Shown here: positions 30,169-40,950 of the stretch, piece by piece | Layout: each line of letters begins with the position of its first letter | Position numbering within the stretch: position 1 is the stretch's first letter | NCBI GenBank assembly: GCA_963806035.1 | Contig: CAWDWO010000008.1 | Coordinates: 1 to 64,000, forward strand | Direction of reading: 5' to 3' | DNA from: Candidatus Krumholzibacteriota bacterium | GTDB lineage: Bacteria; Krumholzibacteriota; Krumholzibacteriia; JAJRXK01 | DNA length: 64,000 bases | Position numbers and translations under genes: made by a program | The notes under the pieces: model-generated | Databases searched by the model: none | Seen by the model: the letters and a program-made list of their open reading frames with translations, nothing else | Told to the model about the DNA's origin: nothing

Positions 30169-31416
30169 ATGTTCTTCAAGGAGGTGGCCGTGTCGCCGCT
30201 ATCGCGTGTGTTGGGGATGGTTCTGCTCTCTTGCCTGCTCGGTCTCGCCTACCCCGTCCCTTCTCGTTCAGAGACCCCGGAGCCGGTCCAGCTGGTGGAA
30301 AGCTGGCCGGTGGAAACCGAACTCGACAATCCCACCATCCCGGACGCGCCCCGGGTTTGGTTGCAGATGGTGGAAAGCGCGCGCGAGAGGCTCGATTTCG
30401 CCGAGTTCTACGCGTCCAACGCCCCCGATTCGCTCCGGGAGGCCTATCCCGCCAGCGCGGGCCGGCTCGAGGCCGTGATCGAAGCGATCGAGGCGGCTGC
30501 CAAGCGCGGGGTTAAAGTTCGTTTCTTGGCCGAGAAGAACTTCTACAAGACCTACCCCACCACCTTGAATCGCCTCGACGCACAACGAAACGTGGAGCTG
30601 CGCATCTACGACGTGGGTGCGCTCATGGGAGGCGTGTTGCACGCCAAGTACTTCCTCGTGGATGGGCGTGAGGCCTATCTCGGCAGCCAGAACTTCGACT
30701 GGCGCTCGCTGGCCCACATTCAGGAACTGGGATTGAAAATCGACGATCCCCACATCAGCCAACGACTGCAGGAAGTTTTCGACTATGACTGGGCGCGATC
30801 CAACGGTGAGGAGCCCCCGCCGGTGAGCGCCACTCCGGATAGCCTTCCCGCAGGCTATTCGGTGGCGTTCAGCCCTACCGGCTTTCTGCCGCGCGAGGCG
30901 GACTGGGATCTTCCACAGATCGTGAAGCTCCTCGATGGGGCCCAGGACCATATTCGATTTCAGCTTCTCTCCTATCACGTCGTGGGACGCGACCATAGTT
31001 ACTGGAACGTCATCGACGACGCTCTACGCAGAGCCTCCGCGCGCGGCGTGAAAGTGGAGATGATCCTGGCGAATTGGTCGAAGGGAGGGAGTTCGATGCA
31101 GTATTTGAAGAGCCTGCAGACTCTCGATCACGTCCAGGTCAGAATCGCCACCATTCCGCAGTGGTCCAAGGGATTCATCCCCTTCGCCCGGGTGATTCAC
31201 GCGAAGTACCTCGTGGTCGACGGCGCTTCGAGTTGGGTCGGAACTTCCAATTGGGGCAAGAGCTACTTTCACAACACGAGGAACGTGGGACTCGTGATGA
31301 ACGACTCGCGGATCGCTCAACAGCTCGAAGGGTTTTTCTCCCGTCTCTGGCAGAGCACCTACGTGGAGGATCTCGACCCCTGCAAGAGCTATGAGCGCCA
31401 AAGAGTCGCTCAATAG
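30169..31416 (+). CDS. Secreted phospholipase D superfamily protein (PLD3/K4L-like)
   Basis: Two HKD motifs (HAKYFLVD, HAKYLVVD), GSQNFDWRSL, GTSNW; signal peptide. Confidence 0.88.
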   Translation: MFFKEVAVSPLSRVLGMVLLSCLLGLAYPVPSRSETPEPVQLVESWPVETELDNPTIPDAPRVWLQMVESARERLDFAEFYASNAPDSLREAYPASAGRLEAVIEAIEAAAKRGVKVRFLAEKNFYKTYPTTLNRLDAQRNVELRIYDVGALMGGVLHAKYFLVDGREAYLGSQNFDWRSLAHIQELGLKIDDPHISQRLQEVFDYDWARSNGEEPPPVSATPDSLPAGYSVAFSPTGFLPREADWDLPQIVKLLDGAQDHIRFQLLSYHVVGRDHSYWNVIDDALRRASARGVKVEMILANWSKGGSSMQYLKSLQTLDHVQVRIATIPQWSKGFIPFARVIHAKYLVVDGASSWVGTSNWGKSYFHNTRNVGLVMNDSRIAQQLEGFFSRLWQSTYVEDLDPCKSYERQRVAQ

Positions 31417-31449
31417 CGGCAAGGCATAACTCGACCCAGAGGTAATTCC

Positions 31450-32331
31450 ATGAAGAAGTTCATGATTGGCTGCGGAATCGTGGTGGGGGTCATTCTACTC
31501 ATCTCGATCGTTTCCTCCTGGATCTTCGTGCGCTCGCTCAAGAACCAACTGCCCGAAATCAAGCCCCTGAAAGAGCGCGAAGAACAACTGGTCAAGCTGT
31601 ACGGACGACTCGACGATTACACACCGCCGTTGAATGGGCGCATTTCTCCCGAGCGCATGGAACTCTATCTGCAGATTCGCGAGAACCAACCACACGACAC
31701 CCAGCTCTTCGTGGACGCTCTTGACGAAGTTTCCGAGCAAGAAAAAGAGATGCACGAGGCCACGGGACTGGAAAAACTCAAGCGTGGGCTGAAGATGGCG
31801 AAGAGCGGCATGGCGGTGGCTCGGGTCACGATGGTCTATCTCAGCGCCCGCGATTCCCTTCTGCTCGCCGACGAAATGTCACCCGGAGAGTACCTCTACC
31901 TCACTGTCATCGGAGCAGTGTGTGACCTACAGTGGTCTCCCCCGCGCTGCCGGAATCAAGATGCCGTGGCGGACTCCACCTCCGACTACTACAAGTTCAG
32001 CGGAGACTACGGAAGCTTTGGCGACGTCTATCGAAGGCAGCTCGAGAACGCCCTACGCGATCTTCGCGGTAGGGAGAATCTCGACGAAGACGAACAGAAC
32101 TTCATGGCACAGCTGGAGGGAGCCCTCGAGCACGGGAGAATCGGTGACGCTCGCGTTCCCTTCGAGGGCGAGCTACCGGCTTCTCTGAAGGAGAGCGTAG
32201 AGCCCTATCGTGACCGCCTCCAGGCGACGCTTCCCACCTGTCTGAGCGCCTGGTCCCTGGAGCTGGCCACGATCGCCGGCCAACACAACGACGGAGTGAA
32301 CATCAAGATCGGTGAGGATGACGATCACTGA
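31450..32331 (+). CDS. Membrane-anchored hypothetical protein
   Basis: GAGG SD, N-terminal TM helix, in operon order. Confidence 0.7.
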   Translation: MKKFMIGCGIVVGVILLISIVSSWIFVRSLKNQLPEIKPLKEREEQLVKLYGRLDDYTPPLNGRISPERMELYLQIRENQPHDTQLFVDALDEVSEQEKEMHEATGLEKLKRGLKMAKSGMAVARVTMVYLSARDSLLLADEMSPGEYLYLTVIGAVCDLQWSPPRCRNQDAVADSTSDYYKFSGDYGSFGDVYRRQLENALRDLRGRENLDEDEQNFMAQLEGALEHGRIGDARVPFEGELPASLKESVEPYRDRLQATLPTCLSAWSLELATIAGQHNDGVNIKIGEDDDH

Positions 32332-33670
32332 GACCCGAGCGGGGGAAGCGAGCCTCGATCGGCCGCCGGGCTTGGCCCGACGTTTTTGGCGGCTTTCCTC
32401 GCTCAACATTCTGGCCAATCTCATGGTTCCCCTCACGGGCCTGGTCGACATGGCCCTCTTGGGCCATCTCGGCCAGATTCGTTTTCTGGCCGGAGTAGCT
32501 CTGGGCGCAATCCTCTTCGACTACGTGTACTGGACCTTTGGCTTTTTGCGCATGGGAACCACGGGAATGACGGCGCAGGCCGTGGGACGCGAGAGCCCCG
32601 ACGAAGTTGCAGTGGTCGGCTTGCGAGGCATGGCGATGGCTCTCGCCCTGGGACTTCTCATTCTCCTCCTGCAAAAGCCTCTCTCGCTGCTGGGCTTTTG
32701 GATCCTCCAGGGAGATCCGGGGGTGAAAGCCGCCGGTCGCGCCTACTTTTCCGCACGCATTTGGGGCGCCCCCGCCGTCCTCCTGAATTTCGTCCTTCTG
32801 GGGTGGTTTCTGGGCCGCGAGCAGGCGGGACGCGTTCTGATCATGTCCGTGGTGGGAAACCTCTCCAACGTGATCCTCGATTTCTACCTGATCGTCCATT
32901 TACACATGGCCGCTCGAGGAGTGGGAGCTGCCACGGCAGTCGCCCAATACCTCATGCTCAGCTGTGCTCTGATCTTCGCGGCGAGAGATCTCTCAATCCG
33001 GCGAGTTCGGCGGGTCATCCCGCTCTGTCTTTCCATGGAGGGGCTCCGCGCCACCTTCTCCTTGAACAACGACATCTTGGTCAGGACTCTCGCGCTCATC
33101 AGCGTTTTCGCCCTCTTCACCAACATCGCGTCCACCATGGGCGCCGTCCTTTTGGCAGCCACTGCGGTGGTGAAGCAGGTGGTGACGCTGGCCGCGTTCT
33201 TCATCGACGGCTATGCGTTCGCGACCGAGAGCCTGGCCGGCATCCTGGAAGGGGCCAGAGAACGCGTGCAGCTGCGACGGCTTCTGATCATGTCGGTTTC
33301 TTGGAGCGCGTTGACCGGAGTGTTGTTCGCGGCCACTTTCGCATTCGCGCCGAGGCTCTTCCGCTTGCTCACGGACCACGCCGACGCTCTGCGCCAGATC
33401 GACATTCTGAAGATGTGGTTGTGGCCGGTGCTGAGCGTGGGATCGATTGCGTACGCCCTGGACGGCTATTTCATCGGACTGGTGAGGGGACGTATCCTCA
33501 GTCTCGCGATGGTCTTCTCCGCACTGATAGGCTTCGCCCCCCTCGCTTTCCTCGCCTATCGCGCACAGAGCATCCAACTTCTGTGGTTGGCGCTTGCCGC
33601 CTTCATGCTGGCGCGGGTCATCAGCTTGGCCGTCTGTGTCCCCTCGACTCTGCGCCTCAGAGGGCGATGA
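32318..33670 (+). CDS. MATE family efflux transporter (DinF-like)
   Basis: NILANL.VPL.GLVD, FGFLRMGTTG.TAQ, DG.A.A.E; about 12 TMs. Confidence 0.92.
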   Translation: MTITETRAGEASLDRPPGLARRFWRLSSLNILANLMVPLTGLVDMALLGHLGQIRFLAGVALGAILFDYVYWTFGFLRMGTTGMTAQAVGRESPDEVAVVGLRGMAMALALGLLILLLQKPLSLLGFWILQGDPGVKAAGRAYFSARIWGAPAVLLNFVLLGWFLGREQAGRVLIMSVVGNLSNVILDFYLIVHLHMAARGVGAATAVAQYLMLSCALIFAARDLSIRRVRRVIPLCLSMEGLRATFSLNNDILVRTLALISVFALFTNIASTMGAVLLAATAVVKQVVTLAAFFIDGYAFATESLAGILEGARERVQLRRLLIMSVSWSALTGVLFAATFAFAPRLFRLLTDHADALRQIDILKMWLWPVLSVGSIAYALDGYFIGLVRGRILSLAMVFSALIGFAPLAFLAYRAQSIQLLWLALAAFMLARVISLAVCVPSTLRLRGR

Positions 33671-33920
33671 CGCCCTCGATTTTGAGAGCCTCTGCGTAAA
33701 CCGCGATCACCGCATCGCTCGATTCCATCTCCTTCTTACAACTGAGGCTCAGATATTTCCCGGTTCGTGAAGCGCGCAGCGTGTATTCCTCGTCCTTGAA
33801 GAGCTCTTTCAGCTCCTCGATCTTGCCGCGCGGAGCGATGAACTTGAAAAGGTAGGGACCGGGCCACTTTTCGAAGACAGCCAACTTGGCGCGCAGAGTA
33901 TCCAGAGCATCACGGTTCAT
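33657..33920 (-). CDS. DUF493/YbeD-like small protein
   Basis: WPGPYLFKFI, SRTGKYLS, IEGVIAL. Confidence 0.8.
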   Translation of the reverse strand: MNRDALDTLRAKLAVFEKWPGPYLFKFIAPRGKIEELKELFKDEEYTLRASRTGKYLSLSCKKEMESSDAVIAVYAEALKIEGVIAL

Positions 33921-35197
33921 GATTCGGAATCTCTACACAATCGAAGCCCACCGAAAAGCCAGCGCGAGGACGGCGCATAGAAATTGCGGTAGCTCACGCG
34001 TAGATGCTCACGAGGACTCGCGCAACAGCCACCGCGCAGGACCATTTGGTTCGCCATGAATTTTCCGTTGTACTCGCCCAGGGCGCCGGCCGCCGGGCGG
34101 TAGCCCGGATACGGTCCGTAAGGAGAAGAGGTCCACTCCCACAGATCTCCGAAGAGCTGCTCTAGACCCTTCCCTTCGGCGCCGCGGGCCTGCAGATATC
34201 CATCCTCGAGGAAATTTCCCCTCTTCAAGAGATCCCCATCCTCCGCGAGCGCCGCGGCCGCCGCCTTCTCCCATTCGAATTCGGTCGGGAGACGAGCGCC
34301 GCTCCAACGGGCAAAGGCATCCGCCTCGAAATAACTGATGTGAGTCACGGGAAGATCGGCGCGGACCTTCATCTGACCGAAGAGGCCGCGACGGCACCAT
34401 TCTCCCGCCACTTTCTCCCAGTACAGCGGCGCGCGCCAGCCCCTCTCCTGGGCCAGAGCCCAACCGTCGGAGAGCCACAACTGGGGACGCTCGTAGCCGC
34501 CATCCTCCATGAACTCCAGATACTCGCCTGCGGTGACCAGACGATTTGCGAGTTCGAATCGCTCCGTCCAAACCCGGTGGCGGGGCTCCTCGTTGTCGAA
34601 GCAGAAACCCTCTTCCTGGTGCCCGATCTCCAAGAGACCCTCTTCGAAGCCTCGCCAATGCAAGGCCACGTTCGGGCATGGAGGGCAGGTCTTCAGCTCG
34701 CGGTAGGCTCCACCCACCGGGTTGGTGGCCAGGACATGCTGGATGTCCATCAGAAGCAGCTCCTGATGCTGCTGTTCGTGCTGAAGGCCGAGTTCCACCA
34801 CCGGATGCAGTTTGGAAGGGAGGACGCCATGGGCCAGGACCTCCTGCATTCTCTCCTCGACGTTTCGGCGGTACTTTAAAACCTCGCGCAGCGGCGGCCG
34901 CGAGAGGAGACCGCGCTTTCCCCGCGGGTGCTTCTCACCGACCCCCTCGTAGTAGGAGTTGAAGAGGACGCGGAATTCGCGGCGAAAGGGCCGAAAATCC
35001 CGCTCGGCGGCCTCCAGGACGAAGGTTTCGAAGAACCAGGTCGTGTGCGCCAAATGCCACTTGGTGGGCGACACCTCGAGCATGGACTGCACCTGACAGT
35101 CCTCGGGGCTGAGAGGCTCGATCAGTTGCAGGGTAGTTTGACGAATCCGGGCAAATCGCTCGGCCAGGGTGGCCGAGTTCGCGGTGGTATCGATCAA
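33917..35197 (-). CDS. egtB: Ergothioneine biosynthesis sulfoxide synthase
   Basis: SPTKWHLAHTTWFFE, LFNSYY, HEQQHQELL, FDNE, EYNGKFM, FGE-type C-domain. Confidence 0.92.
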   Translation of the reverse strand: MIDTTANSATLAERFARIRQTTLQLIEPLSPEDCQVQSMLEVSPTKWHLAHTTWFFETFVLEAAERDFRPFRREFRVLFNSYYEGVGEKHPRGKRGLLSRPPLREVLKYRRNVEERMQEVLAHGVLPSKLHPVVELGLQHEQQHQELLLMDIQHVLATNPVGGAYRELKTCPPCPNVALHWRGFEEGLLEIGHQEEGFCFDNEEPRHRVWTERFELANRLVTAGEYLEFMEDGGYERPQLWLSDGWALAQERGWRAPLYWEKVAGEWCRRGLFGQMKVRADLPVTHISYFEADAFARWSGARLPTEFEWEKAAAAALAEDGDLLKRGNFLEDGYLQARGAEGKGLEQLFGDLWEWTSSPYGPYPGYRPAAGALGEYNGKFMANQMVLRGGCCASPREHLRVSYRNFYAPSSRWLFGGLRLCRDSES

Positions 35198-35383
35198 GGT
35201 CTCTCCCCGGGGAAAAGGTCGATTCAGGGCTCGTGTTCGCTGATTTCAGTCTAGGGTTTCGCGTTCACTCTGGCCAGAGCGGCTGGACGATCGCGTCTGA
35301 ACCCTTATATTTGCGCCGGACCCAGCACAAGGGCACGAGCATTCATTCGGAGCCTCGCTCCAACTCATCGAAGGGGATTCGCA

Positions 35384-37654
35384 ATGCAGGAGAACTGGTT
35401 GGACGCCATCCATACCGTCTACGAGAATCTCGCCTCCCACCACGCGAAAGGCCGCGAGGTTCTGGGGCATCCGCTGACTCTGGCCGAAAAAATCCTCTTC
35501 GCTCATCTGCGAAACAAGGATGAGGCACCCACCCGCGGCAAGAGCGTGGTCGACCTCGTTCCGGATCGAGTGGCAATGCAGGACGCCACGGCGCAGATGG
35601 CGCTCCTCCAATTCATCGCGGCAGGAAAGGCCAGAGTCGCGACTCCCACCACGGTTCACTGCGATCACTTGATTCGCGCGCGAGTGGGAGCCGAGAAGGA
35701 TCTCGAGGTCGCCAACGACGAAAATGGAGAGGTCTTCCGCTTCCTTAAGAGTGCTTCGAAGAAATATGGGATCGGATTCTGGAAGCCGGGAGCCGGCATC
35801 ATTCATCAGGTAGTGCTGGAGAACTATGCCGCCCCCGGCCTGCTGATGATCGGCACGGACAGCCATACTCCCAACGCGGGCGGATTGGGCATGGTCGCCG
35901 TGGGCGTGGGCGGCGCCGACGCGGTCGACGCCATGGTCGGAATGCCCTGGCAAGTTCTGTGGCCGCGTCTGATCGGAGTGAAGCTCACCGGCAAGCTCAG
36001 CGGTTGGACCGCGCCGAAGGACATCATCCTCAAGCTCGCCGGCCTGCTCACGGTGAAGGGCGGCACGGGCAAGATCGTGGAGTACTTCGGCGAGGGCACC
36101 AAGAGCATCTCCTGTACGGGCAAGGCCACGATCTGCAACATGGGCGCCGAGCTGGGCGCCACCACCAGCCTCTTCCCCTTCGACGAACGGATGGCGACCT
36201 ATCTGCGAGCCACTCGTCGGGCCGAGGTGGCGGAGATGGCCGAGAAACACCGCGACGAGTTGGTGGCGGATCCCGAGATCGCGAGAGAGCCCGAGGAGTA
36301 CTACGACGAGATCGTCGAGATCGACCTCGACCAACTCGAACCACACCTGGTCGGACCGCACACTCCCGATCTCTTGCATCCCCTCTCGCGCATGGGTCAA
36401 GATGCGCGCGAGAACGGATATCCCATCGAACTCTCGGCCGCGCTCATTGGTTCGTGCACCAACTCGAGCTACGAGGACATCGACCGCTCGACCCACATCG
36501 CCCGGCAAGCCGCCGAGAAGGGCATCAAGGCCAAGACCAAGTTCATGGTCACGCCCGGCAGTGAACAGGTTCGCGCGACCATCGAACGCGACGGACAACT
36601 CGCCCAACTGGAGAAGATGGGCGGTGTCGTGCTGGCCAATGCCTGCGGGCCCTGCATCGGACAGTGGCAACGCGACGATGTCTCCGAGGGAGACAAGAAC
36701 TCCATCCTGACCTCCTACAACCGCAACTTCCGCAAGCGCAACGACGGAAACGCCTCGACCATGGCCTTCATCGGCAGTCCGGAAATCGTCACGGCCATCG
36801 CGCTTGCCGGCCGGCTCGACTTCAATCCGATGAAGGATACGCTGAAGGCGGCCGATGGCAGCGAGTTCCGGCTCGAAGCTCCGCAGGGCGACGAACTTCC
36901 CCGCAAGGGCTTCGACCAGGGCGACACCAGCTACTTCGTCCCGGTGAGCGAGGACGGCGAGGAGATCAAAGTGGAGATCTCGCCGGATAGCGATCGGCTG
37001 CAGTTTCTCACGCCATTTGAAGCCTGGGACGGAGAAGACTTCGAGGATCTCTTGGTCCTGGTGAAGGCCGACGGAAAATGCACCACCGATCACATCTCTC
37101 CCGCCGGTCCCTGGTTGAGTTACAGAGGACACCTGGACAAGATCTCCGACAACATGTTCATCGGCGCAGTCAATGCCTTCCGCGACGAAACGGGGCGCGG
37201 CAAGAACCAGCTGGACGGCTCCATCGAGGGCTTTTCCAAGATCGCCCGTGCCTACAAGGCGGCCGGCAAGGGATGGATCGCGGTGGGCGACGAGAACTAC
37301 GGAGAGGGAAGCTCCCGGGAGCACGCGGCAATGGAGCCGCGCTTCCTGGGCGCGCGCGCAGTTCTGGTGCGATCCTTCGCCCGAATCCACGAGACGAATT
37401 TGAAAAAGCAGGGCGTTCTGCCGCTCACTTTCGCCAATCCGAAGGACTACGGCAAGGTGCAGGAGGATGACCGCGTGAGCATCCTGGGTTTGAGCGATCT
37501 GGCTCCGGGCAGCGAGCTGACGGTCGTGCTGAAACACTCCGACGACAGCCAGGACCGCTTCAAGGCCCAACACACCCTGACCACCGAACAGATCGAGTGG
37601 TTCAAGGCCGGGTCGGCGCTGAATCTGATCCGGCGCCAGGAACAGGCGGGATAG
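35384..37654 (+). CDS. acnA: Aconitate hydratase (mitochondrial-type AcnA)
   Basis: [54 protein letters not shown]. Confidence 0.95.
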   Translation: MQENWLDAIHTVYENLASHHAKGREVLGHPLTLAEKILFAHLRNKDEAPTRGKSVVDLVPDRVAMQDATAQMALLQFIAAGKARVATPTTVHCDHLIRARVGAEKDLEVANDENGEVFRFLKSASKKYGIGFWKPGAGIIHQVVLENYAAPGLLMIGTDSHTPNAGGLGMVAVGVGGADAVDAMVGMPWQVLWPRLIGVKLTGKLSGWTAPKDIILKLAGLLTVKGGTGKIVEYFGEGTKSISCTGKATICNMGAELGATTSLFPFDERMATYLRATRRAEVAEMAEKHRDELVADPEIAREPEEYYDEIVEIDLDQLEPHLVGPHTPDLLHPLSRMGQDARENGYPIELSAALIGSCTNSSYEDIDRSTHIARQAAEKGIKAKTKFMVTPGSEQVRATIERDGQLAQLEKMGGVVLANACGPCIGQWQRDDVSEGDKNSILTSYNRNFRKRNDGNASTMAFIGSPEIVTAIALAGRLDFNPMKDTLKAADGSEFRLEAPQGDELPRKGFDQGDTSYFVPVSEDGEEIKVEISPDSDRLQFLTPFEAWDGEDFEDLLVLVKADGKCTTDHISPAGPWLSYRGHLDKISDNMFIGAVNAFRDETGRGKNQLDGSIEGFSKIARAYKAAGKGWIAVGDENYGEGSSREHAAMEPRFLGARAVLVRSFARIHETNLKKQGVLPLTFANPKDYGKVQEDDRVSILGLSDLAPGSELTVVLKHSDDSQDRFKAQHTLTTEQIEWFKAGSALNLIRRQEQAG

Positions 37655-37661
37655 AATCGCG

Positions 37662-38465
37662 GTGAGTACGCAAGCAGCTCTCAGGCTCGGGGTGAGCCGC
37701 TGTCTCCTGGGCGAAGCGGTGCGCTACGACGGAGCCACCAAGCAGAGCATCCGAAGCTGGTGGCCGGCCGATACCATCATCGAGTGGATCGGCGTCTGTC
37801 CGGAAGTCGAACTCGGCATGGGGGTGCCGCGTGAAGCGGTACAGCTCGAGGGCGAGGCCACGGCGCCTCGCATGCTGGGAGTCAAGAGCCGCGTCGATCA
37901 TACCTGCGCCATGCACCGCTGGGCGAAGAGCCGTCTGGCCGAATTGGGCGTGGAGGACCTGGACGGGTTCGTGCTCAAGAGCCGCTCACCGAGTTGCGGC
38001 TTGCTCGATGCTGATCTCGTCCGCGGCGAGGAAGTCCTGGGTACGGTGGACGGACTCTTCACCGCTTCCTTGCGCGCCGCTTTCCCGTTCTTGCCGTTGA
38101 CGAGCGAGAGTTACCTGGAGGATCCCGCTGCTCGCGAGCCATTCTTGACGCGCGCGCGTCTCTTCCGATCCTACAAGGAACTCGTAGCCAAGGGTGCGGA
38201 CCCGGACGAACTGAAGTCCCACCACGAAGCCACGCTCAGAGCCTACCAAAGCTGGCGGACGAAATCCTTCTCCGCACACAAGGCCGCCGTGGAGGCGCCG
38301 GCGAAGGCCACGCGCAAGGGCGAGTTCCGCGCAAGGAACTCTCTGACGAGCAGTTTGAAGGATGCGTGCGAGCAAGCCTGCCGGCTTCAGGGCGCGGACA
38401 AAGCAAAGGAGCTGACCAAATACGGTCAGCTCCTGCACGATCTCCTCGACCCTTCACGGGCCTGA
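37662..38465 (+). CDS. DUF523 (2-thiouracil desulfurase-like Fe-S) protein
   Basis: SRCLLG..VRYDG, VCPEV, KSRSPSCG. Confidence 0.82.
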   Translation: MSTQAALRLGVSRCLLGEAVRYDGATKQSIRSWWPADTIIEWIGVCPEVELGMGVPREAVQLEGEATAPRMLGVKSRVDHTCAMHRWAKSRLAELGVEDLDGFVLKSRSPSCGLLDADLVRGEEVLGTVDGLFTASLRAAFPFLPLTSESYLEDPAAREPFLTRARLFRSYKELVAKGADPDELKSHHEATLRAYQSWRTKSFSAHKAAVEAPAKATRKGEFRARNSLTSSLKDACEQACRLQGADKAKELTKYGQLLHDLLDPSRA

Positions 38466-38479
38466 ATCGCCTCGTCGAG

Positions 38480-39955
38480 TTACTCGCTGCTCGACTTCTC
38501 GGCTCCGTAGGTCTCAAAGAGATACCAGCCCTCTTTTTGACCGTACTTTTCCGCCTCGACCGAGATCTTCAAGAGGTTCAGCTGTCCGGATTTCGCGAAG
38601 GCCTCCGAACGAATCTTCTTGTTGTAGGCCTTGATCTCCTGGGCGAGACCCGGTTTCGGGTAGAACATCATCGCCTTACCCCAATCGGCGGGGAGGGTGC
38701 CCGGGGCGCAGTCCGAACATTGCGGAGCGTAGTAACGGCCTTCCTTCGCGCCACAGCGCACGACCTGGGTCAAAAAGGAGTTGAGACCATGTTCGGTCTC
38801 ATCGTCCAATTTTCCCCACTTCTCCGGCCGGGCGAGGGCGAATTCCGACTTGATGCCCACTGCGTCGAGCATGGCGATCATCAAGGCTGTTTTCTCCACC
38901 GGCGTCCCCTCCTTGCTCGAGAGGACTTTCTTGAGGCTGCGCAATGCGCCCCGATCGTATTGCTCCCCGCTGACATCCTTGATCTTGTCGCGCACGAACT
39001 CGCAGATCGCCTTTTCCTTGGCCACCTCATCGCTCAGTCCCGAGGTCACCGCGGACGCGCTGATGTCGACGCCTCCGGCGTCCTCGAGCATCTTTTCCTT
39101 ACCCGCGGCGAGGAAGCCCGCGATGGTCACCCATCCATTGGTGGGGACCCAGCCCTTATAGAAGTTCGGCTGATCGATGTGGCGCGCCTTGAGGGTGATG
39201 GAGAAAACGGGAGTGCCCATGGGATAGGGCCCGGTCCAGGGTAACGAAGGGATCGGGGCGAAGTTCTTCGCGTTGGCGCTCCACTCCTTGGTGCGATCGT
39301 TGACGAGGCCGTTCGTCTTCAAAATGAAGTTGTCCGCTTCGATGCCGCGCGACTTGACCACGAAGTCGGAATTTCCATCGTTGAGAATCCTCACGCTGGC
39401 ATAGATGACAGGATAACGATCGGCTGCGGGAGAAACCCAAGCCATGAGCGGGCCCTTGTGCACTTCCACGATGGACCATCCGGCCACGTCACCCTTCTTC
39501 AATTCCCCCCACTGAATCTTGACCTGATCGCGTTGGATCTCGCCGTCACCCTTGGTAACATCGATCTTCTTTTCATCGAAGCGTTGAATCTCGTCCTTGC
39601 GCATGATGAACGCCGAGCGCTCGGGGTAGTCGTCACCGGGGCCGAAGTAGGGCTCGGTCAGCTCCATCGCCAACTTGCCCGGGTCCTCCACCTCGAACAC
39701 CAGATTGGTGCAGACCCGGTAGCCCGTCTCCTCCATCTGAAAGAAATGCTGCTTGTACATGACGACCGCGGTTGCCCCATCCGCACCGGGCACCGTTTTC
39801 ACGTGAGGGGCCAGAGTTTCGATCAGCTTCTTGAGCCCCGCGTCATCCCTGCGGGCGATGGCCCAGTTGGACTGAGCCTGTGCTGCGGAAGCAAAGAGAA
39901 GCACGAGGGCCGTCGCCGTCGTGAGAATCCGGCCGAAAGCGCGCGGAAAAGACAT
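38480..39955 (-). CDS. Secreted DUF3857/transglutaminase-like domain protein
   Basis: Signal peptide; KAICEFVRDKI...VLSSKEGTPVEKTALM..ML.AVGI transglutaminase-like core. Confidence 0.6.
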   Translation of the reverse strand: MSFPRAFGRILTTATALVLLFASAAQAQSNWAIARRDDAGLKKLIETLAPHVKTVPGADGATAVVMYKQHFFQMEETGYRVCTNLVFEVEDPGKLAMELTEPYFGPGDDYPERSAFIMRKDEIQRFDEKKIDVTKGDGEIQRDQVKIQWGELKKGDVAGWSIVEVHKGPLMAWVSPAADRYPVIYASVRILNDGNSDFVVKSRGIEADNFILKTNGLVNDRTKEWSANAKNFAPIPSLPWTGPYPMGTPVFSITLKARHIDQPNFYKGWVPTNGWVTIAGFLAAGKEKMLEDAGGVDISASAVTSGLSDEVAKEKAICEFVRDKIKDVSGEQYDRGALRSLKKVLSSKEGTPVEKTALMIAMLDAVGIKSEFALARPEKWGKLDDETEHGLNSFLTQVVRCGAKEGRYYAPQCSDCAPGTLPADWGKAMMFYPKPGLAQEIKAYNKKIRSEAFAKSGQLNLLKISVEAEKYGQKEGWYLFETYGAEKSSSE

Positions 39956-40092
39956 GTCATTCCTCCGATGGAAATTGAGATGGCCTCAGTACGCCGACAA
40001 GATGGTGAAAATCCAGGGGAGAGGGCAAGTCCAATCTCTCCCGCGAAAATGCGGGGATTCTGGGCCCTTTGCCCGCCTCGACGGAACGAGAC

Positions 40093-40707
40093 TCAGGTTT
40101 TCTTCTCCTTGACCACGGCATTGAGGTCGCGGACGAGCTTGTCGACACCCTCTTGATTCGCGTCGTAATACCCGCGCACCCTTCCCACCTGGTCCACCAA
40201 GATGAATCGCTCGCTGTGAGCGATGTTGTAGAGTCCTGTCTTCTGGTCGGACTGTGGTTCCATGACCTGGAAGAAGCCGTCCACCACGACTTTTTGCACT
40301 GCAGCCAGATCCCCGGTGAGAAACTTCCAGTGACCGGGAATGGCGCCGTAACCCTTGGCGTAGCTCATCAGCTTCTCCGGCGTATCGTGCCGGGGGTCGA
40401 CGCTGATCGAGACCAGCCGGATCTCATCGCCCAGAGACTTTGTCCGATCTTGAATGCGGGTCATCCAATCGGTGATCCTGGGACAGACCGTGGTGCAGGA
40501 GGTGAAGAAAAACTGCACGACATAGGCCTGACCTTTGAGATCTTGGTCACCGAACTTGGCGCCGGTTTCGTCCACCAATTCGAAGGAAGGCGCGGAGGTG
40601 ACGACCTCGGGTCCGGATTGCGTGGAGTGCAGGAAGAACCACGCCGCCCCAGCGCTCAGTGAAGCCACGATCAAGAGCAGCACCAGGACGAAACGCAGGG
40701 TCCGCAT
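40093..40707 (-). CDS. SCO family copper chaperone
   Basis: FFTSCTTVCP, ISVDP..DTPE, conserved His in IAHS. Confidence 0.92.
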   Translation of the reverse strand: MRTLRFVLVLLLIVASLSAGAAWFFLHSTQSGPEVVTSAPSFELVDETGAKFGDQDLKGQAYVVQFFFTSCTTVCPRITDWMTRIQDRTKSLGDEIRLVSISVDPRHDTPEKLMSYAKGYGAIPGHWKFLTGDLAAVQKVVVDGFFQVMEPQSDQKTGLYNIAHSERFILVDQVGRVRGYYDANQEGVDKLVRDLNAVVKEKKT

Positions 40708-40950
40708 GGTGGAAGGCGCGGAAGGAGAGGATTCAGGGGGGCGTTCTGGTTCCAAGTTTCGAACCTCTATTTCTCGAGAATGGCGCCGAAACGCGCGAAG
40801 ATGTTTCCCCGCGCAGGTCCCACGGACCGGGGAGCGCCGGAAGGTCCGGTCTCAAGCTTAAATGATTCGGCCATTTTGGCTAGACTCTGGATGCCGTGAT
40901 GGCCCGCAGGGTTTATCATGGCGCGGTTCTCTTTCCAGGAGAAACTCACG

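Noticed and set aside
35246..37573. Long antisense and alternate-frame ORFs (775 aa here; also 19162-21459, 22386-24131, 55193-56830, 60501-62192)
   Set aside because: Shadow ORFs of well-supported genes in high-GC DNA; no recognisable motifs
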